Source: Eledone cirrhosa (Eukaryota). Taken from it: 64,000 nucleotides of DNA. The first letter of the stretch is position 1; each line of letters starts with the position of its first letter. Below, piece by piece: positions 12,574-25,080 of this stretch. Both the position numbers and the translations under genes were made by a program. The notes under the pieces are model-generated. The model did not search any database. It saw nothing but the letters and a program-made list of their open reading frames with translations, and had not been told where the DNA came from. The DNA lies in the NCBI GenBank assembly GCA_964016885.1, contig OZ024753.1, forward strand, positions 24,676,001-24,740,000, written 5' to 3'.

Positions 12574-12916
12574 TATATAACAATGTCAGATTTGAATTCC
12601 CCACCACCATTAACACTTCACATCTAGGACTTATCAGCCCCCACAGCTACACACTCCTTGATCAGCTCTTTCCTCTACACAACTCCTATGTACCTCTAAC
12701 ATCATACTCTGCAATAACTGTTAGAATTAAACATAAAGTTACCACCTTTTGATATAACTAATATAACTTAATTATATTATATACAGTAATGGATATTTAA
12801 TATGTAGAGACATTTAATGTAATATGTAATAATAAACTATATATACATTTATATAATGAAATACTTAAATTAATAACATGTATATAAGGGATCTACCTTT
12901 AACACAATATAATAAT

Positions 12917-13104
12917 GGTTTCTACTTTTGGCACAAGGCCAGCAATTACCCAGTGTATTACTGGTACTTTATTTTATCGGCCCCGTAAGGATGACAGGCA
13001 AAGTTAACCTCGGCGGGATTTGAACTCAGAATGGCAAGGGCCGTAATTCTAGGCGTCAAAGCATGGCGTCCGACCCTCTACCGATACTGCCAATCTACCG
13101 CCCT
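12917..13104 (-). mobile_element. Nin-domain tRNA-SINE inserted into Penelope 3' region
   Basis: GAGTTCAAATCCCGCCGAGGTTAACTTTGCCTGTCATCCTTACGGGGCCGATAAAATAAAAGTACC; flanking duplication CAATATAATAAT at 12905 and 13105. Confidence 0.85.
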
Positions 13105-14264
13105 CAATATAATAATAATAAAGTATATATACATTTATAATTAAATATATAATGTAATAGCATTGTATTTTTAAACAATAATGTATATTATTACACAAAT
13201 GATATATCTATTTGGACATATAAACAGCTATACAATTTTCCATAACATATATCTTGTCCAGTAATGAATAGATAACAATCTAAAGGGACCTTTAATGTAT
13301 TATAATAAAATACACTGTATTTAAAATCAAGTATAAATGTATCACATTATAATGTGTATTGTGTATTAGAGCAAAGATTTTGAATAACTGAATTTATTTA
13401 GCTAGTTACCTCCCCTTACTCACTTCCGGAAATTAACCATTGGAAAACCTATCTGTTGAACAACTATAGTCCATGAATAAGAATATAATGAGACTAATTT
13501 ACAATCCATTGCTTTAACTAACTTAAAACATTCAATATAAACATTAACTAAAATATAATTCAACATATGTAATGGAAGAGACTGCAATAACTTTGTTCTT
13601 CTCAACGCACACAAATTCAAACACTATCAACATACTACGTCCACCTTAGATTTTAATACATTACATATTTGCTTAAAATACAGTATTTATTTATCTATAT
13701 ATGCATAATTACTTTGCTTATTTCCTTCTCATATATATGACTAACGCATGTGCATTTTCTACACGACTGCATATGTATTGCTAATGTACTCTTTCTTTCT
13801 CAAAGTTCCTTTCTCAATGCCTCTTTAATTATTAGACTATTCTCTTGTATTATCTGTTGCATGTATTCCCCCCTGTGCTTTTAATTTGAATTTGAATTTT
13901 TGTACAATTCTCATAAAATATATGTCACATCCATTCCACCCTGTAAATACGAAACTGTTGCTCACAACATCAATATATATGTATCTATATTATTGTTCAG
14001 TTGAATAGGAGGTTAATTACATGTACAAACATTGATAATGCTCCGATAACTCCAAATGAGAGTTTGGAAGAAACGATTGTCAGCTATTAAATGATTTGAA
14101 CACAACTTTGATAATTGTCTAATTTATTTATTTTCCTGCTCTGTAAAACAACTGATGTTCTTACATTGAGCTATTTCTCTTACTGGTAATAAGGTAGTAG
14201 GAAATTACTGACCTTTCCTGTTTATAGTTGTCTATACTATATACATAACTATAAATAGTAGTAT

Positions 14265-14303
<39 letters not shown>

Positions 14304-14567
14304 CAAGTGGGAAGTTCAGAAGTAAATTTTTGAAATTTGTTTTCTAAAATGTTGTAAGTATATCATTAATCTTCTTTTATTTTCATGTTAAAACATTAGT
14401 CTATATAAACATATTGGACTTTGTTTGAATTTCTTAAAGAATTTGAAAATATGAACCAATAGAGGAACGATACTCAAACTTTATCGTGCAGGGAGGTCAG
14501 ATTTGGATATTGCAAATTTACTCTCGGTTTCAAGATCTACTGTTTGGAAAGCTGTGAAGTGTTTTAA

Positions 14568-15072
14568 CCCTTTAACATTTACATTACTCAGAAAAACCAG
14601 AAAAACCTGGGACGACTTGATAAATTCTGACCTCACACACTTACACCTCTCCAAGACAATGTCACTGGACCGAGATCTTTGGCGCTACACAGTAATACAG
14701 AAGACCCGCCTTGCCTAAATACAAAGCGAAACCTACAGTCAGTAGGCACCTCTTAACAAAAATACACCCCCGTCCCACTACCCCCACCCCTTTCAATGTA
14801 AAGTTATGTTGGTACCACAACATCCAGTCCGAAATAAATGAGGTCGTGTAGGTGTCACGACAAAAAAACACACAGTCCACGCTGTAATGTGGCCGTGTAG
14901 GTAACACGGTAAAAACCTCCCAGTCCAAACTGTAAACGTGGTTGGTGTTAGGAAGGCCATCCAGTCGTAGAAAACCCGCCAGACAGTCCTATACGAGCAA
15001 GACAACCAATCTTGCCTCAAGTGGGAAAATTCCCGTCCAAACCCATGCAAGCGTGGAAGATGGACGTTAAAC

Positions 15073-15133
<61 letters not shown>

Positions 15134-15336
15134 ACTCTATATTTACTATTGTATTTTTGTGGTAAAGGCTTTTTCTTACATAATTATCTCACATAATATC
15201 AAATCTACGAGATTTTGATGTTATTTATTTTGAGAACAATACCTTAATGTCAGTTTGAGTGGCCAGTTATAGTTGGTTTGAACAGAAAGAGGGGAGAGAA
15301 TTCTGGCCAGATATGGCCAGTTTAAATGCTAAAGGG
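14568..15336. mobile_element. piggyBac-type MITE (TTAA-CCCTTT...AAAGGG-TTAA) inside the transposase
   Basis: TTAA at 14564-14567 and 15337-15340; TIR CCCTTTAACATTT / AAATGCTAAAGGG. Confidence 0.75.
14590..15130 (+). mobile_element. RTE 3' end fragment with long (GAT)n tail
   Basis: RKTWDDLINSDLTHLHLSK...; duplicated target ATTACTC at 14583 and 15131. Confidence 0.9.
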
Positions 15337-16210
15337 TTAAAGAGATTTGTCAGAGAGACCCAGAAGTGGAAACCACAAACTAAATGGACTCCTACTCTCA
15401 TTAAAGTTGTTTGAGAAAGGATAAGAAGAAATCCCAAAAAGGTACATGAGAAAGACAACAGTGGTCCGAGTCAGCCATAGGACAATGTGAAGGATCATCA
15501 ACGATGACTTGGGAATGCCTTCCTTCACCCTTCAGATGTTCATAGTTGAGCAGACACACAACCGAAGAAACGATCAAGTCATTGGAAAAAAGCACAAGCA
15601 ATCAGTGTTGACCAAACCTCTGTATTCCATACAATGAAACCAGCTTCTGTTATGGTCTGGGAGGATGTTTCATCATCTTGGAAGTCTCCTCTCATTTTTA
15701 TGGGAGTAAGGACAAAAATCAGCTCCCAATTTTACATAAACTGTATTCTGGGGCCTATGCTTGCTTCTGCAACTAATCATTTCGGCAATGATTATCTGTG
15801 GACCTTCCAACAAGATGGAGTCACCTTCCTTACATCAAATATCAGGTTCTGTTAAAAAGAAATATGGACTCCTTGTTTACCTGATTCGAACCCTATGGAC
15901 TTTTCAGTATGGTGTATCCTTGAAGAAAAAGCCTGTTCAAAAGTCCCTAAGACTGTCGATGATTTAAAGAAATATATACGAAGCATTTGGAAAGAAATGT
16001 AGGATGCTTTGGTGAAAGATGTTCGATGGAGGTTCGAGTCTGTTATTGCTGCATGAGGGGGTCATTTTGAATAACCTTTTACATTATATTCCAAACATAT
16101 TTATGTAAAATTACATATATGATACTGGTCAATAAAGTTAGAAGTTTTGTTATTAATAGCATTTTTATTTGCTTTCAAACTTATGCTCCACCCTGTTTAT
16201 ATATATATAT

Positions 16211-16549
16211 GGAGGCACATGGCTTAGTGGTTAGAGCATTGGCCTAGCAATCTAAAGGTTGTGAGTTCAATTCTCAGACCGGCTGATGTGTTGTTTCCTT
16301 GAGCAAGACACTTTATTTCACATTGCTCCAGTTTACTCAGCTGTAGAAATGAAATGATAGGGACTGGGGTCCCTATCATTCCACTGCAAAGTGGTCGTGG
16401 AGGTGCCAGGGCAAAAAAGCACCCAGCAATCACTGTAAATGAGGTTGGTGTTAGGAAGAGCATCCTGCTGTGGAAATCAAGCCAGAACCAGTTCCCGTCC
16501 CACCCTTGCAAACAAGGAAACGTGGACGTAAAATGATGATGATGATGAT
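16211..16549 (+). mobile_element. tRNA-head SINE with RTE tail
   Basis: Same family as 4604-4951; inserted in (TA)n. Confidence 0.9.
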
Positions 16550-16779
16550 ATATATATATAAATTTGAGCAACTTCGTCCATCCGTCACACACTAGAGATC
16601 ACTGAGGAAGGAAAGACAAACAACTGAAAACAGTGTCTAATATGTATGTCTGTGTGTATTTTTGTAGGTGTGCCTATGTTTGTGTGTTTATAACATACTC
16701 ATACATGCGACAGCTTGTTGAAAATAATTCTAGTATATATAAATTTGAGCAACTTCTGCCCCATCCTTCTGTCACACAT

Positions 16780-18150
16780 TAGATGACTGAGGAAGGAAGG
16801 GGTGATGTCGTCACACACTAGAGATTACTGAGGAAGGAAGAGGTAATGAGGTCAGATACTGGAGATGACTGAGGAAGGAAGGGGTGATGATGACACACAC
16901 TAGAGATGACAGAGGAAGGAAGGGGTGATGACGTAACCCACTAGAGATGACTGAGGAAGGAAGGGGTGATGACATCACACACTAGAGATAACTGAGGAAG
17001 GAAGGAGTGATGACGTCACACACTAGAGATGACTGAGGAAGGAAGGGGTGATGACGTCACACACTAGAGATAACTGAGGAAGGAAGGAGTGATGACGTCA
17101 CACACTAGAGATGACTGAGGAAGGAAGGGGTGATGACATCACACACTGGAGATGACTGAAGAAGGAAGAGGTGATGATGTCACACTAGAGTTGACTGAGG
17201 AAGGAAAGGGTGATGACGTCACACACTAGAGATGACTGAAGAAGGAAGGGGTGATGAAGTCACACTAGAGTTGACTGAGGAAGGAAGGGGTGATGACGTC
17301 ACACACTAGAGATGAATGAGGAAGGAAGGGGTGATGACGTCACACTGGAGTTAACTGAGGCAGGAAGGGGTGATGACGTCATACACTAGAGATGACTGAA
17401 GAAGGAAGGGGTGATGACGTCATACACTAGAGATGATTGAGGGAGGAAGGAAGGGGTGATGACGTCACACACTAGAGATGACAGAGGAAGGAAGGGGTGA
17501 TGACGTCACACACTAGAGATGACTGACGAAGGACGGGTGATGACGTCACACACTAGAGATGTCTGAGGAAGGAAGTAGATGATGACGTCACACACTAGAG
17601 ATGACTGAGGAAGGAAGGGGTGGTGACGTCACACACTAGAGATGACTGTGGAAGGAAGGGATGATGACGTCACACACTAGAGATGACTGAAGAAGGAAGG
17701 GGTGATGACGTCACGCACTAGAGTTGAATGACGAAGGAATGGGTGATAACATAACACACTAGAGATGACTGAGGTAGGAAGGGGTGATGATGTCACACAC
17801 GAGATGACTGAGGAAGGAAGGGATGATGACGTCACACACTAGAGATGACTGAAGGAGGAAGGGGTGATGACGTCACACACTAGGGTTGACTGAGGAAGGA
17901 AGGGGTGATGACGTCACACTAGAGATGACTGAGGAAGGAAGGGGTGATGACGTCACACACTAGAGATGATTGAGGAAAGAAGAGGTGATGCCGTCACACT
18001 AGAGATGATTGAAGGAAGTGGTGATGACGTCACACTAAAGTTGACTGAGGAAGGATTGGGTGATGACGTCACACACTAGAGGTGACTGAAGGAAGTGATG
18101 ATGACGTCACACACTATAGATGACTGGGGAAGGAAGGGGTGATGACAAAC
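16780..18150. repeat. 41-bp minisatellite carrying TGACGTCA
   Basis: Unit GATGACGTCACACACTAGAGATGACTGAGGAAGGAAGGGGT, about 33 copies. Confidence 0.95.
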
Positions 18151-18175
18151 TACAGAAAACAGCGTGTAACACTCA

Positions 18176-18373
18176 CTGATGCAGGCTGCTACCACTGTTG
18201 TTATGACTACCTCATACTACTGCTCTCTATTTACGTCTGATGCAGACTGCTACCACTGTTGTTATGACTACTTCATACTACTCCTCTCTATTTACGTCTG
18301 ATGCAAACTGCTACCACTGTTGTTATGACACCTCATACTACTCCTCTCTATTTACGCCTGATGCAGACTGCTG
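18176..18373. repeat. About 60-bp tandem repeat, 3+ copies
   Basis: CTGATGCAGACTGCTACCACTGTTGTTATGAC..CTCATACTACTCCTCTCTATTTACG repeated. Confidence 0.85.
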
Positions 18374-18618
18374 CCGCACATATATACATATGTGTCAGCC
18401 TGTTGAAAAACATCCTAGTATATATAAAAGCCCAACACATCACACTTTCTTTCTCCTTTTCCATATAAGGCATGAAATTAATAAGACATTTTGTATGTCT
18501 GTTTTGTCGTTACCTCAAACTATATATAAATAATCATCATCATCTATAATATTACATATATATTATAGATGTAATATATATATAATTCCTTTATTGATTA
18601 ACTCTAATTATGCAATCC

Positions 18619-18674
18619 GCACCTGATGATATGGCCAGGATGTAACATAACCAGGCTATTGAAATACATAGTGT
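18619..18674 (+). ncRNA. Minimal type I hammerhead ribozyme candidate
   Basis: GCAC-CTGATGA-T-ATGGCC..GGCTAT-T-GAAA-TACA-TA-GTGT; stem I GCAC/GTGT, AUA cleavage triplet. Confidence 0.6.
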
Positions 18675-18708
18675 AAAGGAACATCACCCGGCCAGGCTCC
18701 TGTTGTTT

Positions 18709-18797
<89 letters not shown>

Positions 18798-18850
18798 AGA
18801 TAGATAATATGGAAAATGAAAAATCAGTGATGCATCGAAACAATTTATTA

Positions 18851-18943
18851 ACGTATTACAATTGTTTCTCTGGCGAACAGCTCGAGGTGCGATCTATTTG
18901 TGGATCGAACCTGACTCAGGATTTGCAAGTTCCTCAGGTACGT
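18851..18943 (-). ncRNA. Hammerhead ribozyme candidate with long stem II
   Basis: Minus strand ACGTAC-CTGAGGA-(~60-nt imperfect stem)-GAAA-CAATTG-TA-ATACGT followed by AATAAA; palindromic stem III. Confidence 0.55.
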
Positions 18944-19446
18944 CTAGCGACTTTGAAGCAAATCTTCTGTATATATATATATATATATAATCAGAAATTT
19001 ATGCTGGAGAATCAAAGTCACTTATCAACATATTTTATTTCTTACAAGTTGTTTCACCTGAATAGGTTACGGTAGTAGAAGGGATGAAATCCTATCTGTA
19101 TACATCCATAGAAATGCACTCATTCAGAATCCTGAGAGGAAAGTTAGTTATTTATAATACGGAATAAGTATGGACTGTACGGTGTGCAAAATAATGAACC
19201 ACAAACCCGGAAATAGTCTTTTTAATATGAAGACAAAAACGATGAAGAAATCAGTAGCCATTTTGATAATGTTCATTCACTGTCGTATGCAAAGGGAGGC
19301 AACGAGTGAAGGGAAGATAAATCAGACATATACACATACAAATACTTAAGTATTTTAGGCAGAGGGAGAGATGACTTAGTTCCTGTGACTTATCACTATA
19401 ACATTAGATATGAAAGATAGAAACATCAACTACCATTGGTGAACTA

Positions 19447-19633
19447 ATAATTGTTCCTACTTTTGGCACAAGGCCAGCAATTACTCAGTGCATTACTGGT
19501 ACTTTATTTTATCGACCCTGTAAGGATGAAAGGCAAAGTTAACCTCAGCGGGATTTGAACTCAGACCGTAAAGGGCCGTAACTCTTTGCTGCAAAGCATA
19601 GCATCCGACTCTCTACCGATACTGCCAATCCAC
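19447..19633 (-). mobile_element. Nin-domain tRNA-SINE
   Basis: Matches 12917-13104; other full or partial copies at ~20980-21078, 23436-23538, 25720-25897, 27385-27510, 34530-34880, 39892-40085, 49075-49215. Confidence 0.85.
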
Positions 19634-19747
19634 CAGAAGAAAGGAATGTGTAGAGGAAACATTGTTAGAATTATTGCAGGTATGAGGTGTGTCAAAAGGG
19701 ACATTTTAAATGGGAACATTTCTAGAAGATTCTTTTCTGTTACACAA

Positions 19748-20958
19748 GGACATTATTGTTGTGTGGATGAGAGAAACAAGGATATCGTATGGACATTATT
19801 GTGTGGATGAGAGATACAAGGATATCGTATGGACATTATTGTGTGGATGCGAGATACAAGGATATCATATGGACATTATTGTGTGGATGAGAGATACAAG
19901 GATATCGTATGGACATTATTGTATGGATGAGAGATACAAGGATATCGTATGGACATTATTGTGTGGATGCGAGATACAAGGATATCATATGGACATTATT
20001 GTGTGGATGAGAGATACAAGGATATCGTATGGACATTATTGTGAGGATGAGAGATACAAGAATATCATATGGACATTATTGTGTGGATGAGAGATACAAG
20101 GATATCGTATGGACATTATTGTGTGGATGAAGGAAACAAGGATATCATATGGACATTATTGTGAGGATGAGAGATACAAGGTTATCGTATGGACATTATT
20201 GTGTGGATGAAGGAAACAAGGATATCATATGGACATTATTGTGTGGTTGAGAGATACAAGGATATCGTATGGACATTATTGTGTGGATGCGAGATACCAG
20301 GATATTGTATGGCCATTATTGTGTGGATGAGAGATACAAGGATATTGTATGGACATTATTGTGTTGATGCGAGATACAAGGATATCATATGGACATTATT
20401 GTTTGGATGAGAGATACAAGGATATCATATGGACATTATTGTGTGGATGTGAGATACAAGGATATCGTATGTACATTATTGTGTGGATGAGATACAAGGA
20501 TATCGTATGGACATTATTGTGTGGATGTGAAATACAAGGTTATATTATGGACATTATTGTGTGGATGAGAGATACAAGGATATCATATGGACATTATTGT
20601 GTGGATGAGAGATACAAGGATATCGTATGGACATTATTGTGTGGGTGAAGGAAACAAGGATATCGTATGGACATTATTGTGTGGATGTGAAATACAAGGT
20701 TATATTATGGACATTATTGTGTGGATGAGAGATACAAGGATATCATATGGACATTATTGTGTGGATGAGAGATACAAGGATATCGTATGGACATTATTGT
20801 GTGGATGAGAGATTCAAGGATATCGTATGGACATTATTGTGTGGGTGAAGGAAACAAGGATATTGTATGGACATTATTGTGTGGGTGAAGGAAACAAGGA
20901 TATCGTATGGACATTATTGTGTGGATGTGAAATAAAAGGATATCATATGGACATTATT
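19748..20958. repeat. 40-bp minisatellite, about 30 copies
   Basis: Unit ATGGACATTATTGTGTGGATGAGAGATACAAGGATATCGT. Confidence 0.96.
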
Positions 20959-22175
20959 AAGGACATGACATTAAGGTGCAGTTAACTTTGCCTTTCATCC
21001 TTACAAGGTCGATAAAATAAAGTACCAGTAATGTACTGGGGTAATTGTTGGCCTTGTGCCAAAAGTAGAAACAATTATTAAGGACATCACAAGGAAACTA
21101 CTTAAGAATCTGAGCTCTATTATTCACTTCATTTCATGAACCAAGCAAATAAAAGACCCCCTTCAGTCACAAATGATGGTGGGATTTACACCTAGAAAAT
21201 TCCCCTCTGAGTCTGGGTAAGGCTGTTTCCGACCAGCAGTCACCCATGCGTTTCAGTCTCCTCTCTCCACACCGCCGATGTTATCCAAGGGAAAAGCCAA
21301 GGCCAATACAGCTTGGCTCTAGTGATATCACAACTCATTCCTACAACTGAGTCCTTATAGTTGCCATTGGCTAAGCCAAAACACCATTACACGGTGTATT
21401 TACACATTCAACTGAATTCATTTATTATACCAATAAGAATGTGTTATTTACATAATTCCCAAATTCTCAAATCCAGTATCCAGGCCTCCTTACTTCTGTT
21501 GGAGGAAGCCCTTCCGGTTGACCTCCACTGCTTCCATTCTCTAGCTGGGCCATGTGTGACCGAGGCATCAGGTCAAGTCACCATACCATCTGGCCTTTGG
21601 CCACCCTTTGGTCCTTCTCTATTGCTATGATGTCCATTCTGTCACTTTAATAGTCCACCAGTTGTCTCTGAAACAAGTGCTATGGCCAACCCATCTACAT
21701 AACTATACAATCATATTTTGGTATAACTCATAAATTCATAAAATACTTTACAGACTTAGTCACTACACTTCACTGAAAATTTATACAAAACCTCAACAAA
21801 AAATGTTAGGCAAACTACTACATTTCTGATTTTACAACCAAAATGGTGTTTCAAGGACAGATGAACTCTCCAGGGTCAACAGCCATTAATACCAACAATG
21901 GATTAAATAAGCTCACCAACCCACAATTGGCCAAGCATGGCGAGTATGGTTACACCCCTGACATAACCAAAACCAAACAGAAAGCAGTAGAGGTCAACCA
22001 AGGAGGTGTTCCTCCAACAGGAGGCCATGGATTGAAGTGGATTGAATTGATGTTTCAATGAAAACATTCAGTAATGAATAATCCAAAACTATATCTTTGT
22101 TATTTCAATAGACCTCCGTTAGCTGTCGACTATGACTGTTCCAGTTGATCGAGGAACTAAACCATCTGCTCATGA

Positions 22176-22720
22176 AGTTAACATGACTCAGTATTCCAGT
22201 TAACATGTCACTCAGTATTCCACAGTTAACATGTCACTCAGTATTCCACAGTTAATATGACTCAGTATTCCACAGTTAACATATCACTCAGTATTCCACA
22301 GTTAACATGTCACTCAGTATTCCACAGTTAACAATCACTCAGTATTCCAGTTAACATGTCACTCAGTATTCCACAGTTAACATGTCACTCAGTATTCCAG
22401 TTAACATGTCACTCAGTATTCCACAGTTAACATGACTCAGTATTCCACAGTTAACATGTCACTCAGTATTCCAGTTAACATGTCACTCGGTATTCCAGTT
22501 AACATGACTCAGTATTCCACAGTTAACATGTAACTCAGTATTCCAGTTAACATGTCACTCGGTATTCCAGTTAACATGACTCAGTATTCCACAGTTAACA
22601 TGTCACTCAGTGTTCCACAGTTAACATGACTCAGTATTCCAGTTAACATGTCACTTAGTTGTCCACAGTTAACATGTCACTCAGTATTCCAGAGTTAACA
22701 TGTCACTCAGTATTCCAGAC
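22176..22720. repeat. 24/26-bp minisatellite
   Basis: Unit GTTAACATGTCACTCAGTATTCCACA with 2-bp deletion variants. Confidence 0.95.
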
Positions 22721-23569
22721 ACATGAACCCTTAACATAATTCTCAGGGTGATTCAGTATAACACAGTGTATGACATGGTTGACTTTTTGAATTACAAGTA
22801 CAGTTCATCTAATGGGCTTCCAAACAATGTCCCTCCATTACTGTCGTAAGGTATGAGTCAATGTGAGGGTGAACAACACTTGCCCAACATGCCATGCAGT
22901 GGGATTGAACCTAGGAACTTATGTTGTCGAGTGAACTTCTTAACTATTCAGCCATACTGCATTCACCAACATATGTTTTCTAATACAAAAGAGAGGACCT
23001 TTCAGTTGTGTAAAAGACATAATAACCTCTCCAGTGTACTCGGTAGAACCTGAGACCATACATACCCTATATACTTGACTATAAACCAAGGAATATCTAA
23101 CCAAAAAACCAATGGTAAAATGGTGGGTCAGCTTATATTTGCCATCTAAACATATGTTGATTAGCAAGCTCAGCTTATAAATGGGGTTTGGATTTTTGCC
23201 CATTTCTCAGACACAAAGGGTATATATATGGTAAGCAAGATGCAGATCCCTGTCTGGAAGATCAGTATCCCCGCATCAGTACTGACTTAGTCTATGTAGA
23301 CCCAGCCAGCCCTTGCTAGCAGAGAAAGCAGACATTAAACAACGATGATGATGATGAACAGAAATATTTCATATGTAAATTTTTTCTTTGATTATATTTT
23401 CCTCACAACTGAAGGGCGTCTCCTATATTTTCCCGCTGAGGTTAACTTTGCCTTTCATCCTTACGCGGTCGATGAAATAAAATACCAGTAATGCACTGGG
23501 GTAATTGCTGGCCTTGTGCCTAAAGTAGAAACAATTATATTTTCCCCAAATAATTAAAAGCAAGGATAC

Positions 23570-23618
23570 ATGTTGCAGATAAAATCTTGCAGTTCCTCTG
23601 TGGTCAGGAATTTGTTTT
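23570..23618 (-). CDS. SIX6OS1: Coding exon (49 bp, phase 1-2): (E)NKFLTTEELQDFICN(I); SIX6OS1/C14orf39-like
   Basis: Acceptor TTTTATTGTTCCACAG, donor AT|GTATCCTT, phases match both neighbouring exons. Confidence 0.8.
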
Positions 23619-24575
23619 CTGTGGAACAATAAAACATCATGTAGAATTATAATAAAGCAAAAATGTAAAATCATGTTTTTAATACATTATTGTCTCTGAA
23701 TAAAAGAACATTTCAAATAACACTGGCAAGTAACATATGGTGTTATATTAATAAAACCATATGTTACTTGGTGCCTGAGATGAAATATAAAATATAATTT
23801 AATGATTTAGACAAAATTATAGACATAGGCTGGCTATACATAACTTATGTGAGATCAACTATAAGTTTAAATGGTTTCAGGTAGAATGTTATAGGCAACA
23901 GTGAAGAAATATATTAGAGATGGACAAAGGAACACGACAAGTGGAGAGGTGGTGTACTGAGAAGGACCTGTCCAACCCATGCAAACATGAAACAATGGAT
24001 GTAAAATAATGATGATAATCATGATGTAGATATGTCTTGTTGCTGGGGACTCAACTTTCACTGATGTTTAACATTTTTTATACCAAACTACCAGAAACAG
24101 CTCCTAGTTCTACAACACAAAGCTGTTTATTTTTAAGAATTTATATTTACCTAAAACAATACTTCCATCTAAATTAAATACCAGCTTAATAATGAAAAAG
24201 TAATTACATAATTAATTCCTTTCCAATTATTGATTATTTTCAAAACCATAGGCATTGTCTTTCATTAGAAATACGAGGGTCAGGTGTCTTCTCATTAGCT
24301 GCATTGTTTCTCCTCATTTGGTTATTCCACGAGAGTATCTTGGTTACAAAGTGGTTTATTAAATAATTTTCAGAATGTAATGTTTGGTAAAGGTTTGTTA
24401 TTGATTCGTTACTCCCAATTAGCTTCCTGCTTTTTTGGGGTTTTTAAGTAGGTTCTTTGCATATCTCCTTTGTATATTTTTTTCAGGAAACATTGAAATA
24501 CCTTCTTAATACTCAAAATCCTATTTCGTCCACCATTTTTCCAATCGCTCACCATTTTCTGTTCAATTACTCATC

Positions 24576-24698
24576 ACCCACCAGGCGATATCACCCACCA
24601 AGCGATATCACCCACCAGGCGATATCAGCCACCAAGCGATATCGCCCACCAGGTGATATCGCCCACTAGGTGATATCGCCCAGGTTGGGAAACCCTGT
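24576..24698 (-). mobile_element. hAT/Charlie-like terminus with 17-bp subterminal repeats
   Basis: Minus strand CAGGGTTTCCCAACCTGG preceded by TAGAA; (GCGATATCRCCCACCAG)n subterminal array. Confidence 0.5.
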
Positions 24699-25022
24699 TC
24701 TACATGGTCACTTGGATTCTAAAACTGCAACTAAATTTTTCTTGTGGTTTGGGATGTCCTTCGTCATAGGTTTTCTTGACCAAAGGATAACATTGGATTA
24801 TACACAATAACTAAATAAATTAAAGATATCGTATATTTATGATTAGTGATTGTAAAAGGTTTGCATTATGTAACCACAATTTATTTCTACTTTCAATATG
24901 ATATCACATTCATCTTGAAAGAAATTTAATCATAAACTGTCTAGAAGCCCCATTAGTAGCTTCTAATTTCAAGATTATAGATTTATTACAATTTTTAGGT
25001 TGTTATATACTCAGACTTTTTT

Positions 25023-25080
25023 CTGCATAATTAAAAAAATATGAGCCAATATATTGGCTCATATTTTTTTAATTATGCAG
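25023..25080. repeat. Perfect 58-bp palindrome
   Basis: CTGCATAATTAAAAAAATATGAGCCAATA followed directly by its reverse complement. Confidence 0.9.

Larger units (their letters stand above)
11369..14230 (+). mobile_element. 5'-truncated Penelope-like retroelement with inverted pseudo-LTR
   Basis: 11369-11780 is the reverse complement of 13713-14124; GIY-YIG ORF between them; hammerhead-like core inside the pLTR. Confidence 0.9.
14303..16195 (+). mobile_element. Degenerate Tc1/mariner-superfamily (maT/DD37D-like) transposon
   Basis: IANLLSVSRSTVWKAVKCF (HTH), RIRRNP, PASVMVW..VS..KSPLIF, WTFQQDG, WTPCLPDSNPMD (WPPxSPDLNP-like); frameshifts and stops; right end CTTATGCTCCACCCTG. Confidence 0.85.
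11162..23569 (-). other. U12-type (minor spliceosome) GT-AG intron, about 12.4 kb
   Basis: 5' splice site GTATCCTT (23569-23562); branch sequence ACCTTAAC (11178-11171) with branch A at -11/-12; no polypyrimidine tract; phases join AT|T. Confidence 0.8.
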
